A stretch of 64,000 nucleotides of DNA, from IMG/VR virus record IMGVR_UViG_3300024502_000010, positions 1 through 64,000 of that record. One strand, 5' to 3'. A program made the translations under genes and the position numbers. The notes beneath the pieces were generated by a model that searched no databases, had not been told where the DNA came from, and saw only the letters and a list, made by a program, of their open reading frames with translations. Shown here in pieces: positions 35,001 through 43,264 of this stretch. Within the stretch, counting starts at the first letter, position 1, and each line of letters opens with the position of its first letter.

Positions 35001-38000
35001 GTTGAAACCCCAATTTCTCCCACAACTTCAACAGAAATTGGTTGATAGTTAAAGTAGTGTACTCCAGTTCCTCTAGAGGTTAAATCTACATATTGATTTG
35101 TTGTATAATAAAAATCTTGATTGGATGAACTTACCCCAACAATTGATAGCTTAAAATTATTGTCGTCGATCTTAGTCAAATAATAATCAGAGTTTTTAGT
35201 TAATCCACCTATTGCTGTTCCACTGCTAGTATATCTGACTATTTCTCCAGAATTAAAATCGTGTTCATTTATATTAATACTATTAGTTGATGTATTAATC
35301 CCCGAAGGTGAGGTAGTTCTTATTTTATTTTGATATCCAAATCCTGGGTTTAGAACATTAATGGTAGAAATAACTTGTTTTTTATTGATGCATTTGAATG
35401 AATGATTACCTATACCATATGTGGTTAAAGAAACGGTATTAATCCCAACAAGAGCATCTTCGGCACTATTATGGATTGTTAAAGTCTTTAAGTCAACAAC
35501 GCGGGCATAATACTCCGCATTTGTCGAAATTCCACCAACTCCTTTTTGATTATTTGTATAATATGTTATTTTTTCTGCATTTCTAAATTTATGATAAGTA
35601 GAAAAACCAATGGAGTTGTTAATTATATTAACTTCATTAAACTTTTGCTCAGAATTGAAAAATACTTCATGATCTATAAATTTAGTTGATACATCTGCTA
35701 CAGCTCCAACTCCATTTCCCCCAGTAATTCTTATTGTTGGTTTTGAAACATAATCAAAACCGGGATCTAATAATCTAATTTCAAATAAACCACCAGAAAC
35801 GGCGCAATATCCAGTAGCACCAATTCCAATAGAATCAGTTATATCTAAAACAGGAGGACTAATAACATCATATTCAGAACCTCCTGAAGAAACATCAATA
35901 CTTTCTACGGGTCCATAATAAATTATATCTTTAGATTTATAATTTAATATTTCTGTTCCGTTAATAAGAATTCCGGTAGGTCCGGGAAAAGTTTCATAAT
36001 TCTTCCCATCATTATATGGTAAAGAAATTTCTCTAAGTAATTTTTGTGATATTAATGATTTTGATTTGAATTGTTGGAGAATAATTTTATCAGATGCTAC
36101 ATTTATGTTTTCTTCTGTTTTTAAGAATTTGGAATTCTGAATATCTGAACTACTTTTGGCAAATTGTACATTATTTGCATCTACTCTTTTTATATAATAA
36201 ACTCCACTATCAAATAATGATCTTGGAATATCACTAGTTTCTCCCGAAGATTCGTAGTAAATACAATCTCCCGTATAGAATCCATGATCTTTTTGATTTG
36301 TTATCCTAAAAGTATCTCCGGCAGGAAAAGTACCACTAATATATAAAGATCTATCAGAAGCATTGAGAGACTGTCCATTATAAAATGGTAATGATGGAGA
36401 CGCAACTAAAGTTTTTTCTTTTATTTTGTAAATATTTTGAACATTTGCATTTTGATTTGATAGTTCGTTGTATAGAGTATGTCTAACTTTAGTCAGTACT
36501 TTCTCTATAGTATATTTGAAATTTGTCGGAACAGCAATATTACTTCCAATATAAACCTCAGTATCTGAAACAACTCCAATAATGGACAATACAGTTTTAG
36601 AACCATTATTTGAAATTAAATTAACCGAGTCTCCAGTTGCAAAATTGTGTTTATCGCTTGTTTTTACACTATAAATTTTTGATGAAGAATTGAATACGGA
36701 TATTTCTTTAACTTCGTATGTAGTTTGGATGTTAAAAATCCAACTATTTGAAATTGGATCTATAGAATCAGCACCTAAAGTTCTAATTATTGCATTATCA
36801 CCCGAAATTTGATAATAAACTGCTTCATCATCAACAAGAGACACCTCATTTAGTACCGAATTAATTCTAACTTTTATAGTCTCATTACTATCCGATTGAC
36901 TTGAGGATCCGTATGCAAATACATTTAAAGAAATATCAGAAGCATCGAATATTTTTTTAGTTATATTTACACATCCAAAAAACTGAGTCAGACTTTTTGA
37001 TGCATATGAAACTACGCCTGTTGTACCATCTTCATAAGTTACAAATAAATCACCACTAGAGGGGAATCCAACTGTAGAATCTACATCAATTGTTGATACA
37101 TCTGGATTTACGTCACCTATTATTCTTGTCTTGGGATGTATGGAAAAGTTTCCATATAGTGCTCCACTTACACCAATATCTCTATTATACCCACCATCAA
37201 ATCCCAATCTATAATACTCTTTTCCTTCCGTAGAATAAATTTTTTCTACATCAGATATTGAAGCATAACATTTGGTTATATCGCCATACTCATCTTGAAA
37301 TAAAGTAGAGTTTCTTAAATTATATGGGTCTCCTTCTATAGATTCTACAACTAAAGCATTGATGACATTAAATCCAGCATTTGATGGTCTAATTAGACTA
37401 TTTTGTGGTTTTACAATATCAACATCTTCTCCATATAAAACTTTAAATAGAATCTTATATGAAATATCTGTTCCCTTTGAGGAATAAAAATCCTTTGATT
37501 GTTTTAGAAATAGATATTGGTCTAAATTACTATATAATTCCCTCCCTTCAAATCCGGGAATTAATTGATACTTTATCTTTTTTAAAAACTCTTTTAAAAA
37601 TAACGAACTTAAATTAGTTATTTTTGAACCAGATAAATGCTCTTTAGATTCTGTTGATTCGAATACGAGTTGATCAGATAAATCCGATAGAGAATTAGTT
37701 CTACTTGTGCTTATTCCAACATTTGAGTAAGAAGAAATTCCACTAAAACCTCTGATACAATTAACAAAAGAATTTGAAGTTTTATATTCGTAGGTTATAA
37801 TTTCATCATCAATTTTAATCAAACCATAGGAATCTGGAAAACCAATAGTTCCAGATTCTGAGGAGACCGTAATAACATCATCATCAAATGAAATATCATT
37901 TGAAAGAATCGCAAAGTCTGTATTGCTCTTAATTTCATCTAATTTAATATATTGATCAATATTTTGTATCAAATCATAAGGAGCTCCAGTAAATTCCTGA

Positions 38001-38110
38001 GAAAGATAATATTGTTTTAAAAATTCAGCAACTAAAGGAAATTCTTCCCTTACATAAGAAGGTAGCTGTCTTTCTAAAATGGTATTAAATTTTACTCTTT
38101 TCTTTGTCAT
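26030..38110 (-). CDS. g7: Baseplate wedge initiator (T4 gp7-like), 4026 aa
   Basis: QLPSYVREEFP...FLKQYY, FYSSKGT..SYKILFK, HSPIIGWAYDGNPIYGPYG and IQDSFYYQNFSYSLKS motifs; lies between g6 and g8. Confidence 0.75.
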   Translation of the reverse strand: MTKKRVKFNTILERQLPSYVREEFPLVAEFLKQYYLSQEFTGAPYDLIQNIDQYIKLDEIKSNTDFAILSNDISFDDDVITVSSESGTIGFPDSYGLIKIDDEIITYEYKTSNSFVNCIRGFSGISSYSNVGISTSRTNSLSDLSDQLVFESTESKEHLSGSKITNLSSLFLKEFLKKIKYQLIPGFEGRELYSNLDQYLFLKQSKDFYSSKGTDISYKILFKVLYGEDVDIVKPQNSLIRPSNAGFNVINALVVESIEGDPYNLRNSTLFQDEYGDITKCYASISDVEKIYSTEGKEYYRLGFDGGYNRDIGVSGALYGNFSIHPKTRIIGDVNPDVSTIDVDSTVGFPSSGDLFVTYEDGTTGVVSYASKSLTQFFGCVNITKKIFDASDISLNVFAYGSSSQSDSNETIKVRINSVLNEVSLVDDEAVYYQISGDNAIIRTLGADSIDPISNSWIFNIQTTYEVKEISVFNSSSKIYSVKTSDKHNFATGDSVNLISNNGSKTVLSIIGVVSDTEVYIGSNIAVPTNFKYTIEKVLTKVRHTLYNELSNQNANVQNIYKIKEKTLVASPSLPFYNGQSLNASDRSLYISGTFPAGDTFRITNQKDHGFYTGDCIYYESSGETSDIPRSLFDSGVYYIKRVDANNVQFAKSSSDIQNSKFLKTEENINVASDKIILQQFKSKSLISQKLLREISLPYNDGKNYETFPGPTGILINGTEILNYKSKDIIYYGPVESIDVSSGGSEYDVISPPVLDITDSIGIGATGYCAVSGGLFEIRLLDPGFDYVSKPTIRITGGNGVGAVADVSTKFIDHEVFFNSEQKFNEVNIINNSIGFSTYHKFRNAEKITYYTNNQKGVGGISTNAEYYARVVDLKTLTIHNSAEDALVGINTVSLTTYGIGNHSFKCINKKQVISTINVLNPGFGYQNKIRTTSPSGINTSTNSININEHDFNSGEIVRYTSSGTAIGGLTKNSDYYLTKIDDNNFKLSIVGVSSSNQDFYYTTNQYVDLTSRGTGVHYFNYQPISVEVVGEIGVSTSAGVDFAAKIQPVFRGEITSFHLQNGGRSYGTPEVLNYLREPLLILRQGKSSEIVPIINNGRIVEVLVNNSGYDYNNAPTINISGDGLGAVLVPIVENGQIKQVKIINGGIGYSQKNTFITVQDSGSGATFKSKLKSWNINLVSRNFSNTTPDDGFVFYNSYTKGGLQYSHLYAPRKLRESIYSVDPTGRPSYGNFDLSRVGGSEVSSTKHSPIIGWAYDGNPIYGPYGYAKKDASGGGSITQMKSGYKLAPVSSDRPSEKIYPLGFFVEDYKYYTRLNQDDSVLDEHNGRFCVTPEFPNGVYAYFCTIAATTTRTSSSPFRNYRIPVFPYLIGNTFKSRPNEFNFKASSNQDDIDLNKTDWIRYTKNYNLLGEKSYYKYLDLPNRLNQTSTIKYASPGNIQTVGILTGGNNYSINDLLVSDETDTRGYGFSARVSKLKGKEVETISVDNIVSYNVEIYPDSGRVNSFNILAENPHEFNTGDIVTISGLTTSLTIFNELYSAEVPRKNTLSLINTVGLGTTGATGIVTFISVGGNLSNIRENDIFTIGTEKVKVLNVDKNSSRLKILRAVNNTVGSSHSYSDILYENSRRLVISDRLTNPFNYSSNRQIYFNPRESIGVGTAVGIGTTIFISNPGAGVSYVTVPSRLIYLPDHKLETGDQLIYDSNGGDPIAISTNGEGIGANLADGSLIYATNVSPNFIGISTVKVGIGSTGTIVGIASTQRNQSILYFTSFGSGTYHSFKTNYNSLRGNISKNKTIVSTATTHGLSDGDIVFVDVNPSISTSFVVAYSDYNRKLVINPKSFSPVGVNTLTNSITIENHGFTTGQQVIQTSPSKVLKNEKDYYVIVIDKDTIKLSDNYYNSIQYDPVVVGLSSQFGGTLSLVNPPIKLYKNSTVFFDVSDSSLSYTNSSQTKFPAFNFNFYTNSSFEELFESSKNSNFFNIKRVGTVGISSNARISLTITDDIPNKLYYRLDPITAFNLPSVKSEISIDSSVSSHNEISIEDSLYNGKYSIVSTSGTTFTYSLRKKPESNFYDKTQAIINYQTTSKNTKGSISEVEVVSNGQNYYNLPKFSKISSGIGSGAILDYNSKNIGKIKKIKINDIGFNYPSDFTLKPNLSLPQIAKIELLSSFESIQILSLGNGYNHPPKLVVLDGVTKNIVPEVDLEYSFGDSFVTILKNTYGINNVEPIIIPTQNSNGVGISSLVYDLTKNSVTATLSVGFSTADSFPFAVNDKIMVENVSVGINSTGRGFNSKNYNYKLFTITAVSENLGGIGIVTYTMNNVLQPGETPGVYNSTNSSARIIPEKYFPKFKTIFKKNNYLKDEKIRYLGDAKTVGEVEGWNSQVNQLRISSRERIESGKIIQGDTSKTQGLISSVISGDAFINLAPYSKVEDGWETQIGFLSNNLQRIQDSFYYQNFSYSLKSKVPYDTWEDAVGSLNHTLGFRKFGDYQCEPSLDEVKNNQINISPISYVDTFTDIVGVADLNCFYDFDLARENVLIDDSYPFSDQIYFSSRVLTDYYESLNNRVLSIDDFSGSFYNLPRFSRYVVLDTIDTNQIQSQKYITFVKDRRYVGQRQLMLVSVVYDEKDAYLNQYGRVESVYDLGSFDFKKEDNQGSLLFYPNRSLWNDYDVSVLSYNIKDAFVGIASTSFGNVVYIDSKVNQVSSGTTSVIGIGTTFTSVKAIIEISADNGQRQFEEITAIHNGTNIEFINYGQLVTNSSDNNPLLSLGEFDAYLANSKINVDFIATPGIAVTINSIQISIANTESSGIGTYYLRHSTIEGRSTSIASSPTPTANVISEYSSLHNGAYFIVQISDTTNNIHQISEVIVINDSDNSYISEFAILQAANETGIGTITSNKTPNSTQLLFTPIANINAEVKVYSNAMRDYRDASKPLNFNDSTITNQSAVYLGAAVDVKRTFDLNHQGEPIFERYFDGSSPAIVDIDRDLIYIKNHFFVTGEKLTYSSGTLGEINQPIGITTTDFGVGIGTTDRLPSTVYAIKLDQNRIRLAKSASSALKFIPEILNLTSLGIGTNHTFTAANQNSKGLITLDNLIQSPLVATATTTILSTKNLISEDVLYVHNTTNIFSGDLLRIDDEVMRVESVGVGSTNAVRVNRPWLGTKVEEHESLTKVVKVTGNYNIVQNQIHFVEAPYGRVPIGTPTNPPDERDWENIQTNSTFYGRIFMRSGATGSNQDTYYKNYLYDDISNQFDGKKNTFSLTSNAENVSGVSVENAIVIINDIFQEPGDIASYVLEEENVGFTSIRFIGAGTSLASDINTSGLPAGGIIVSVGSTSGFGYQPLVSAGGTAIVSDAGTIQAISIGNSGSGYRQKIQNSFGTRDVQVRVGVSTSSLNSRSIQFIGTAAVSKGNIVSVAITNPGIGYTRSNPPFVIFDSPLSYSDLPLVYSPSSSGVGTQATIDIVVGQGSSVVDFEIKNLGYGYKSGDILTVSTNSIVGIPTVQGSQFEEFQIEVQRTFTDKFTAWSIGELQLLDSIDILFTGERTVFPLIYQGQSISILAGKGSLINIRDNLLVFLNNILQVPQKSYIFDGGSVIRFVEPPKEDDVCKILFYKGSGEIDVPFRNIIETVKMGDEVRLEYDYSAGQNPFLLEDRRTVLDIKTVDLIETNPYFGPGNTNIENLNRPISWYKQTKDKIINQKQIGKDRILYEPLIHPSANIISSVGVGSTLIFVDNCRPFFNPINENVSSLEFQKDIYLISQDQVASATATAVVSSAGTVSSIVITDGGFGYTEAPSVVVQSPVGIASTTTTCVSYISSGIVTSIIVTGVTTGYSQENPPLVLIEPPIIKIESTKVLSYGGDFGVITGIATTSVGVASTGIIFDFMIPINSPLRNSKITGLTTVSQIKTDYYFVVSNSNIGNGLTSLDESSNIVGIATTFLDGVYKAVDVSIEQSSIIGVGTTYIARVTVSVDNLNGLSGIGISDYYGDFSWGRVILDYRQKESAFNAYTLNGYSGISTGTILKRKNPLKYSQYKNP

Positions 38111-38111
38111 T

Positions 38112-40043
38112 TTATTGTCTTACTAAATTCCCGTTACTGTAGCTTGAAGTTACTATGTAATTTGATGCAGATGGATCAAGTCCTGATGATATTTGATCAG
38201 TAATCATTTCAAATATACTGTTATTAATATCTAGCTGCAAATATAAATCCTGTAATCCGATAACATCATTTGATTTTGGAATAGTTGAAATTTCAATGAT
38301 TGATTGTCCATCTTTTACTTTATCGGTAGATAAAACATTTATTGGATTGAGTGTAATTATTCCTTTGACATAATCAATTCTACCAACATTTCTTCTTACT
38401 ATAGTTGCATCATTGGAATTAACACTTGGTACAGTAAAAAGGAACATGCTTCCAGTATTTCCATTAGTATCTGGGATGTCCGATAAGTAAACAGAACCTT
38501 GTATTCCGGAAATAGTAAATGCTGTAGATTTCACATTGTATCCATTCATACTCTTAATATGGAATGCATTGCCGAATCCAATCTGATATTCTGCTATAGA
38601 ATTTAAGACTACTCTTAAATCCCTTCTCATTTGAATCTTAGTGATGTTTGATGTTATTGCTGGATGACTATCATCTATTATCTTAAGAAATTTACTGTAT
38701 TTAAATCTTGCTCCATACTTATTCAATTCGGTTGATTCTGCATATTTATTGGTATTTGACTGAACAATACTCGAAACATAATCAGATCCTTGTGCGGAAT
38801 TTGTATTATAATAAATTTTAGAATCTACCTCAATATAGAGATACTTAAGATCTAAAATTTCAGGAACAATTCCTGCCACTGCGTATTTCTTTAAATCTCT
38901 TTTAATATTTTCTTTTATTAAATTGGGAATAAAATCTCCAGTCCTTGGTTTAATACTTATGAAAACTTTTCCATATTGGGGAGGAATCAACTCTTCTCCA
39001 CCAAAAACTGATATTGATTCCGTTTCTGGATAAATCTTTGAAGGTATTAATGATTCATAATCACTAGCAGTCAACGCTCTATTCTGGGAAGCATATATTC
39101 TTGTTGAATATTTTTTAATAGATTCTACAGTTTCTATGTTTTCTCCACCAGAAGAAATTAACCCAGTTGCCAACAAAGAAATTCCTGAGTTTACTGTATA
39201 CTCTACAGAATTTCTGGTATATGTTAATCTTCCGGAAAAAGCAAATTGATTTACTCCATTTCCACTATCACCATTTGATACAATATAATTAACTTCTATA
39301 AAATTATCATTCTCAAGTTTTTTGCCATATAAAATACCATCACCAAAAAGCAATTCATATCTTTCGTCTTCAATTTCTTGGATATAATAGACAGTAGAAT
39401 CCTTATCTACATCAAAGACACTATTTTGTAAAGAATAATTGACCAAAGAGGTTGAATTCTGGTCATCTTTTACTGATACTGAGATTAAAGAAGTATCTAC
39501 GCCAGGATTGGGTAATATAAATCTTTGATTTGGATTTCTCGAAGAATAAGTAAAAGATGTTGTTAGCAGTACACCCTCATATATTTTTAAATCATTAAAT
39601 GTTGCTACTTTATTAATTACTGGTACAGTCACATCATCTAATATTGAAAAAACAAATGATTGATTTCCAAAAGAACTTGATGATGTTGCTACAATTCCTT
39701 TTTTTAGAGTTATTGATGCTGGAACAGGAGTGATATTTGAGGTATCAATAAAAAAGCTTACCGTAGCTCTTGCTGCTTTTCTTGACCTAGGAACATATCC
39801 AATATTCCTAGCGAGGGCAACAACATTCTCTCTAAGAGTAGCACTATCAATAAAAACCTCATTCGCAACCATGTTTGCGTTATATGAGGTAATATATGTG
39901 TTATATGCTAAAACATCAAGTATAGACGATAAATTAGATCCCTCAAAATCATAGTCGGTGAAATTTGAGTTTGCTTTTAAATAGTCTCTTAAAGAAGCTT
40001 TTATCTGGTTAAAATCCAGATTTGAAAAATTTGTTAATGGCAT
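38112..40043 (-). CDS. g6: Baseplate wedge subunit (T4 gp6-like)
   Basis: LDFNQIK.SL.DYL...FTDYDFEGSNLS.ILDVLAYNT, SATLRENVV and QNRALTASDY motifs. Confidence 0.9.
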   Translation of the reverse strand: MPLTNFSNLDFNQIKASLRDYLKANSNFTDYDFEGSNLSSILDVLAYNTYITSYNANMVANEVFIDSATLRENVVALARNIGYVPRSRKAARATVSFFIDTSNITPVPASITLKKGIVATSSSSFGNQSFVFSILDDVTVPVINKVATFNDLKIYEGVLLTTSFTYSSRNPNQRFILPNPGVDTSLISVSVKDDQNSTSLVNYSLQNSVFDVDKDSTVYYIQEIEDERYELLFGDGILYGKKLENDNFIEVNYIVSNGDSGNGVNQFAFSGRLTYTRNSVEYTVNSGISLLATGLISSGGENIETVESIKKYSTRIYASQNRALTASDYESLIPSKIYPETESISVFGGEELIPPQYGKVFISIKPRTGDFIPNLIKENIKRDLKKYAVAGIVPEILDLKYLYIEVDSKIYYNTNSAQGSDYVSSIVQSNTNKYAESTELNKYGARFKYSKFLKIIDDSHPAITSNITKIQMRRDLRVVLNSIAEYQIGFGNAFHIKSMNGYNVKSTAFTISGIQGSVYLSDIPDTNGNTGSMFLFTVPSVNSNDATIVRRNVGRIDYVKGIITLNPINVLSTDKVKDGQSIIEISTIPKSNDVIGLQDLYLQLDINNSIFEMITDQISSGLDPSASNYIVTSSYSNGNLVRQ

Positions 40044-40445
40044 TTACCTAATAGGTTGCAAAACAAACTGTAACTGTTGAGGTGTAACATCAATACCGAC
40101 AATTCTATAAGAAATTAATACGTCAAATGAATTGTTATCATAATCTGGAATTACGACCACTTGATTTAAAGAAACTCTTGGTTCATAGTTTGAAATAGAA
40201 TACTCTATTTCATCCTTAATGTTTTCAGCTGTCAGTTGATCTAGGTTTTCAAAGAGAGAGCGATTAATTTTGGAACCAAAACCTTCATTAAAAAATTTTT
40301 CACCAGGGTAAGTAAAGACAATATTTCGAATGGAACGAGCAATCGCATTTGCATTGTTAATAGCAATCAAGTCATTAGTCAGAGGATTGCTCTGAAATGA
40401 CATACTAATGTCTTTAAATCCTTTACTTACCCTTTCTAAAGGCAT
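40044..40445 (-). CDS. g25: Baseplate wedge / sheath initiator (T4 gp25-like)
   Basis: FKDISMSF..NP.TNDL...NANAI.RSIRNIV.T..GEKFF and YEPRV motifs. Confidence 0.88.
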   Translation of the reverse strand: MPLERVSKGFKDISMSFQSNPLTNDLIAINNANAIARSIRNIVFTYPGEKFFNEGFGSKINRSLFENLDQLTAENIKDEIEYSISNYEPRVSLNQVVVIPDYDNNSFDVLISYRIVGIDVTPQQLQFVLQPIR

Positions 40446-40470
40446 TTTAGTTATAATTCTATCTTATTTA

Positions 40471-40632
40471 TTACCGATTTTTTGATTCATAAAGAGGTTC
40501 TGTTCCATATTCCCAATCATCATAGTCTTCATCATTGCGAATTTTTGAATGAATTTCATTTTGGTGGAAAAAATCGTGTTTTTTGGGATTCATATCGTCG
40601 TTTGCGATTTCCCTCAGCATTTTTTGGTCCAT
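40471..40632 (-). CDS. Small acidic hypothetical protein (not in track)
   Basis: Manual translation MDQKMLREIANDDMNPKKHDFFHQNEIHSKIRNDEDYDDWEYGTEPLYESKNR; fills the intergenic gap. Confidence 0.55.
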   Translation of the reverse strand: MDQKMLREIANDDMNPKKHDFFHQNEIHSKIRNDEDYDDWEYGTEPLYESKNR

Positions 40633-40644
40633 TTTTGCTCCTGA

Positions 40645-41283
40645 TTAGTTAAAATCAGAACTTTTTACGGGGTTGCTATCCCGGGTGTCGATGTAAAACC
40701 CTTCTCTTAGATAGTCTTCGTCTTTAACAAAGGTAAAATCTTCTATTTTTTGTATTTTTTCTCCTTTCCAAACGGGAATTGCAACTGAATTGCCATAACG
40801 AAAGTCTGGATTGCGTCTAAAATGAACTTCAATCAGTTTATTGCCAATAAATTCACAGTTAATCCACTCATAATTACCTTTTAAGTTGTTTAGAATCAAA
40901 GGAAATTCAATATCTTTGTCAATTTTAGTCCATTTCTTCCATTTATACAATGACTTATTATCATATCTATCACCTAAGACAACCAATTATGCTTTTCTAT
41001 CTCTGAAATCTACACTAATATGTTCTCCTTGAAATATCTCACACCAAAATTCTGCTGGGTGAAGATGATCTGTAGAATTATCAATCCACTCTATACGAGA
41101 AAATCGTCCCATACCGAGTAAATTAATACTTGGTCGGACGATATAGTAGTCTGGAGATGGTACAGATGCGCCTACAGGACCACATAGGTGCCCCAGAGAG
41201 CGTGCTAGAAACAGTTTATTATATACCCACAGATCTTCCTTGTGAATTGAGTTCCATTCATCTATTGGATCTGAGTAGTACAT
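40645..41283 (-). pseudogene. One gene of about 212 codons interrupted by a single in-frame TAA (40987-40989)
   Basis: Track ORFs 40987..41283 and 40645..40986 share a frame and abut. The second begins at TTG right after the stop, and the joined reading DFRDRKA*LVVLGDR is continuous. Confidence 0.65.
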
Positions 41284-41489
41284 GAAGAAAATCCGATTGG
41301 ATTATTTCTATGAAGAGTATAGTTCTTCTGAATACGAATATCAGAGTTTTTAAAAGTCCAACATTCCCCATTACTATCTAGAAAAACTACCCATTCAAGA
41401 TCGTGTTCTTGAGAACGGTCAATTACAAAAAAAGCCCAACCATTACCCCAAAAGGTAATGGTTGGGATTTGTGGATTTAATTGAAGCAT
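41262..41489 (-). CDS. Conserved phage hypothetical protein (75 aa) containing a perfect 13-bp hairpin
   Basis: MLQLNPQIP...EHDLEWVVFLD..GECWTF; inverted repeat at 41435-41466. Confidence 0.7.
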   Translation of the reverse strand: MLQLNPQIPTITFWGNGWAFFVIDRSQEHDLEWVVFLDSNGECWTFKNSDIRIQKNYTLHRNNPIGFSSCTTQIQ

Positions 41490-41630
41490 TTACTTCCCTT
41501 GACCACGATACCTTTTCTTACGTCCATTGCGAGAGGTTGCACTGAGAAGTGTTCGAGCAGAACGTCCTTGACGAGTCTTTTTAGGTGCTCCTGGTTCAAA
41601 TACGGTTTTATTACTTCCACCTTTAGCCAT
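41490..41630 (-). CDS. Small basic protein (46 aa, not in track)
   Basis: MAKGGSNKTVFEPGAPKKTRQGRSARTLLSATSRNGRKKRYRGQGK; GGAGG SD upstream; its stop lies next to the start of the following gene. Confidence 0.7.
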   Translation of the reverse strand: MAKGGSNKTVFEPGAPKKTRQGRSARTLLSATSRNGRKKRYRGQGK

Positions 41631-41778
41631 TGTTAATTTCCTCCAGTTCAATTAAATTAGGATCAATATCATCACCCGAGTAAAAACGCTCAGATAAGTC
41701 TTGAAGAACCTCAAGACATTCATCTGTAGTGAGGTTCATATAAATTTTACGTCCTTTATAAAGTACGTGATAGTTCAT
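41623..41778 (-). CDS. Small hypothetical protein (51 aa, not in track)
   Basis: MNYHVLYKGRKIYMNLTTDECLEVLQDLSERFYSGDDIDPNLIELEEINNG; TAATG overlap with the upstream gene. Confidence 0.65.
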   Translation of the reverse strand: MNYHVLYKGRKIYMNLTTDECLEVLQDLSERFYSGDDIDPNLIELEEINNG

Positions 41779-42545
41779 TAGATAATGCGAGTTTTTTCAT
41801 GTCCAACTCTAATGCGAGGATCGCACCAGATATCAAACCCCGCATCCTTGGCATCAAGACAGAATGAAACATCTTCGCCACACATATCTTGAACATTACC
41901 AGACTCAAAGACTTGCATCTTCGGAGCAAACCAAGGATACTCAAGATTCTCAAAGACTCCATTCTTAATCATAACCCATCCAAAACCTGTGTAATCTACA
42001 GTGAATGGCTTACGACGCTTGCTGATTGATTCCACAGTTTCGTGGTTCATTACACCACCATTCTTACGGAAATCATCTTCTTCTAACCAGTGTGCGACAG
42101 AAGTTGTGTGACCATCTTCTGTTGCGTACCAACCTGCAACAACTTCTTTCTCTTCTCCTTCAGCAGAAAGAGCTAAATCACAAAGCTGCCAGAACTTGTT
42201 AGAATCAAAAACAATATCATTATCAATCCAGAGCTGATAATCATATTGAAGTTTTCCATCCCAAGGTTTTTGGTTTGGTCCACGGAGAACATTTGCTCCA
42301 AGACACTTGCATCGTGCAAAGTTAACCATTGATGAATAATCTTGAGAAATTTGAATACTCATTCCATTTTGTACAATATCAAAACAAAGTTGTACAAATG
42401 CTTTCAAAAAGATATAAGAGCATCCTCGTCCAGGAAGACAGAATACAATACTCTTACCCTTCATCCTTTCTTTAATCGCATCGTAGTCCCATTCTTCAGT
42501 GGACTTCTTTGGTGCTACAGTTTTAACAGTGAATCCTTTTGCCAT
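41778..42545 (-). CDS. Putative glycosyltransferase (GT-A fold-like), 255 aa
   Basis: IVFCLPG, VNFARCKCLG, DYQLWIDNDIVF (DxD), YTGFGWVMIK, GEDVSFC and RVGHEK are GT2-like motifs. Confidence 0.7.
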   Translation of the reverse strand: MAKGFTVKTVAPKKSTEEWDYDAIKERMKGKSIVFCLPGRGCSYIFLKAFVQLCFDIVQNGMSIQISQDYSSMVNFARCKCLGANVLRGPNQKPWDGKLQYDYQLWIDNDIVFDSNKFWQLCDLALSAEGEEKEVVAGWYATEDGHTTSVAHWLEEDDFRKNGGVMNHETVESISKRRKPFTVDYTGFGWVMIKNGVFENLEYPWFAPKMQVFESGNVQDMCGEDVSFCLDAKDAGFDIWCDPRIRVGHEKTRII

Positions 42546-42569
42546 AAGTTAAAATAACCTTCAACATCA

Positions 42570-42599
42570 ATTTTAACAGTCTATATATGCTTTTGTCAA
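42570..42599 (-). promoter_or_regulatory. Sigma70-like promoter for the glycosyltransferase operon
   Basis: Minus strand TTGACA-18-TAAAAT with an extended -10 TG. Confidence 0.65.
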
Positions 42600-42787
42600 T
42601 GAGAGGAGTTCAAAATAATTTCCTTATTTACAATAAGTTCCTCATAGGATAAATCCTCTGCATTGTAATCAGTTTTCATAATTTCCACCATATTCTTCAG
42701 AGTATTCCAAGTGGTCGAGAACTCATCTTCTTTAATAGAGTGGAATAAACACTTATCCCCTGCGTATATGTGGTATATTTTTTCCAT
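42596..42787 (-). CDS. Hypothetical protein (63 aa)
   Basis: KIYHIYA.DKCLFHSIKEDEF; same strand as its neighbours. Confidence 0.6.
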   Translation of the reverse strand: MEKIYHIYAGDKCLFHSIKEDEFSTTWNTLKNMVEIMKTDYNAEDLSYEELIVNKEIILNSSH

Positions 42788-43264
42788 TTTTTATTAAACT
42801 TTTTCCGGAAAATTTTTTAGTAAAAACTTATTTTACTAACGCATTATATATCAATACAACAAAAACCCCCAGGGGGATTAATACAATTCTACCCATTGTT
42901 TTTGGATATCTGATTATCCAACCTGCGAGTATCACTCTCCAAAAATTCCAATATGGTGTTCTCCTTCTCATTTTTTCTTCTTTCGCTTTCTCGCAGCATT
43001 CTTTTGAGCACAAGTTCTTGCTGCACCTTTTGATTTATTTTTATTGGGGCGACTCTTACCGTTCTTGTGAATCCATCCAAACACTTAGAAATACCTCCGG
43101 AAAATTTTTATGAGATTGATATTTATCGGTCGATTTGTCACCTCTGTAGGTTAGGGTAGTTTGCTTTTTTTAATAAGGGGGGGGGGCATCGGCGGGCTTA
43201 TAACAACGCCGCGCGGCGCTATAACAAATCGGCGGCAATTAACTGCCGATAAGCATCACTGCCA

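Noticed and set aside
651-39954. Plus-strand ORFs across the structural module (e.g. 2784..3161, 3997..4308, 20132..20572, 33282..33641)
   Set aside because: Antisense shadows of long minus-strand genes, with no independent motifs or start signals.
42828-43080. Overlapping ORFs 42828..43013 and 42889..43080
   Set aside because: It cannot be decided which is real. A short hydrophobic MRRRTPYW... peptide is plausible but unsupported.
42801-43109. TCCGGAAAATTTTT occurring twice and the palindrome TTTTCCGGAAAA
   Set aside because: Short, low-complexity and only two copies; not distinguishable from chance without comparison to other genomes.
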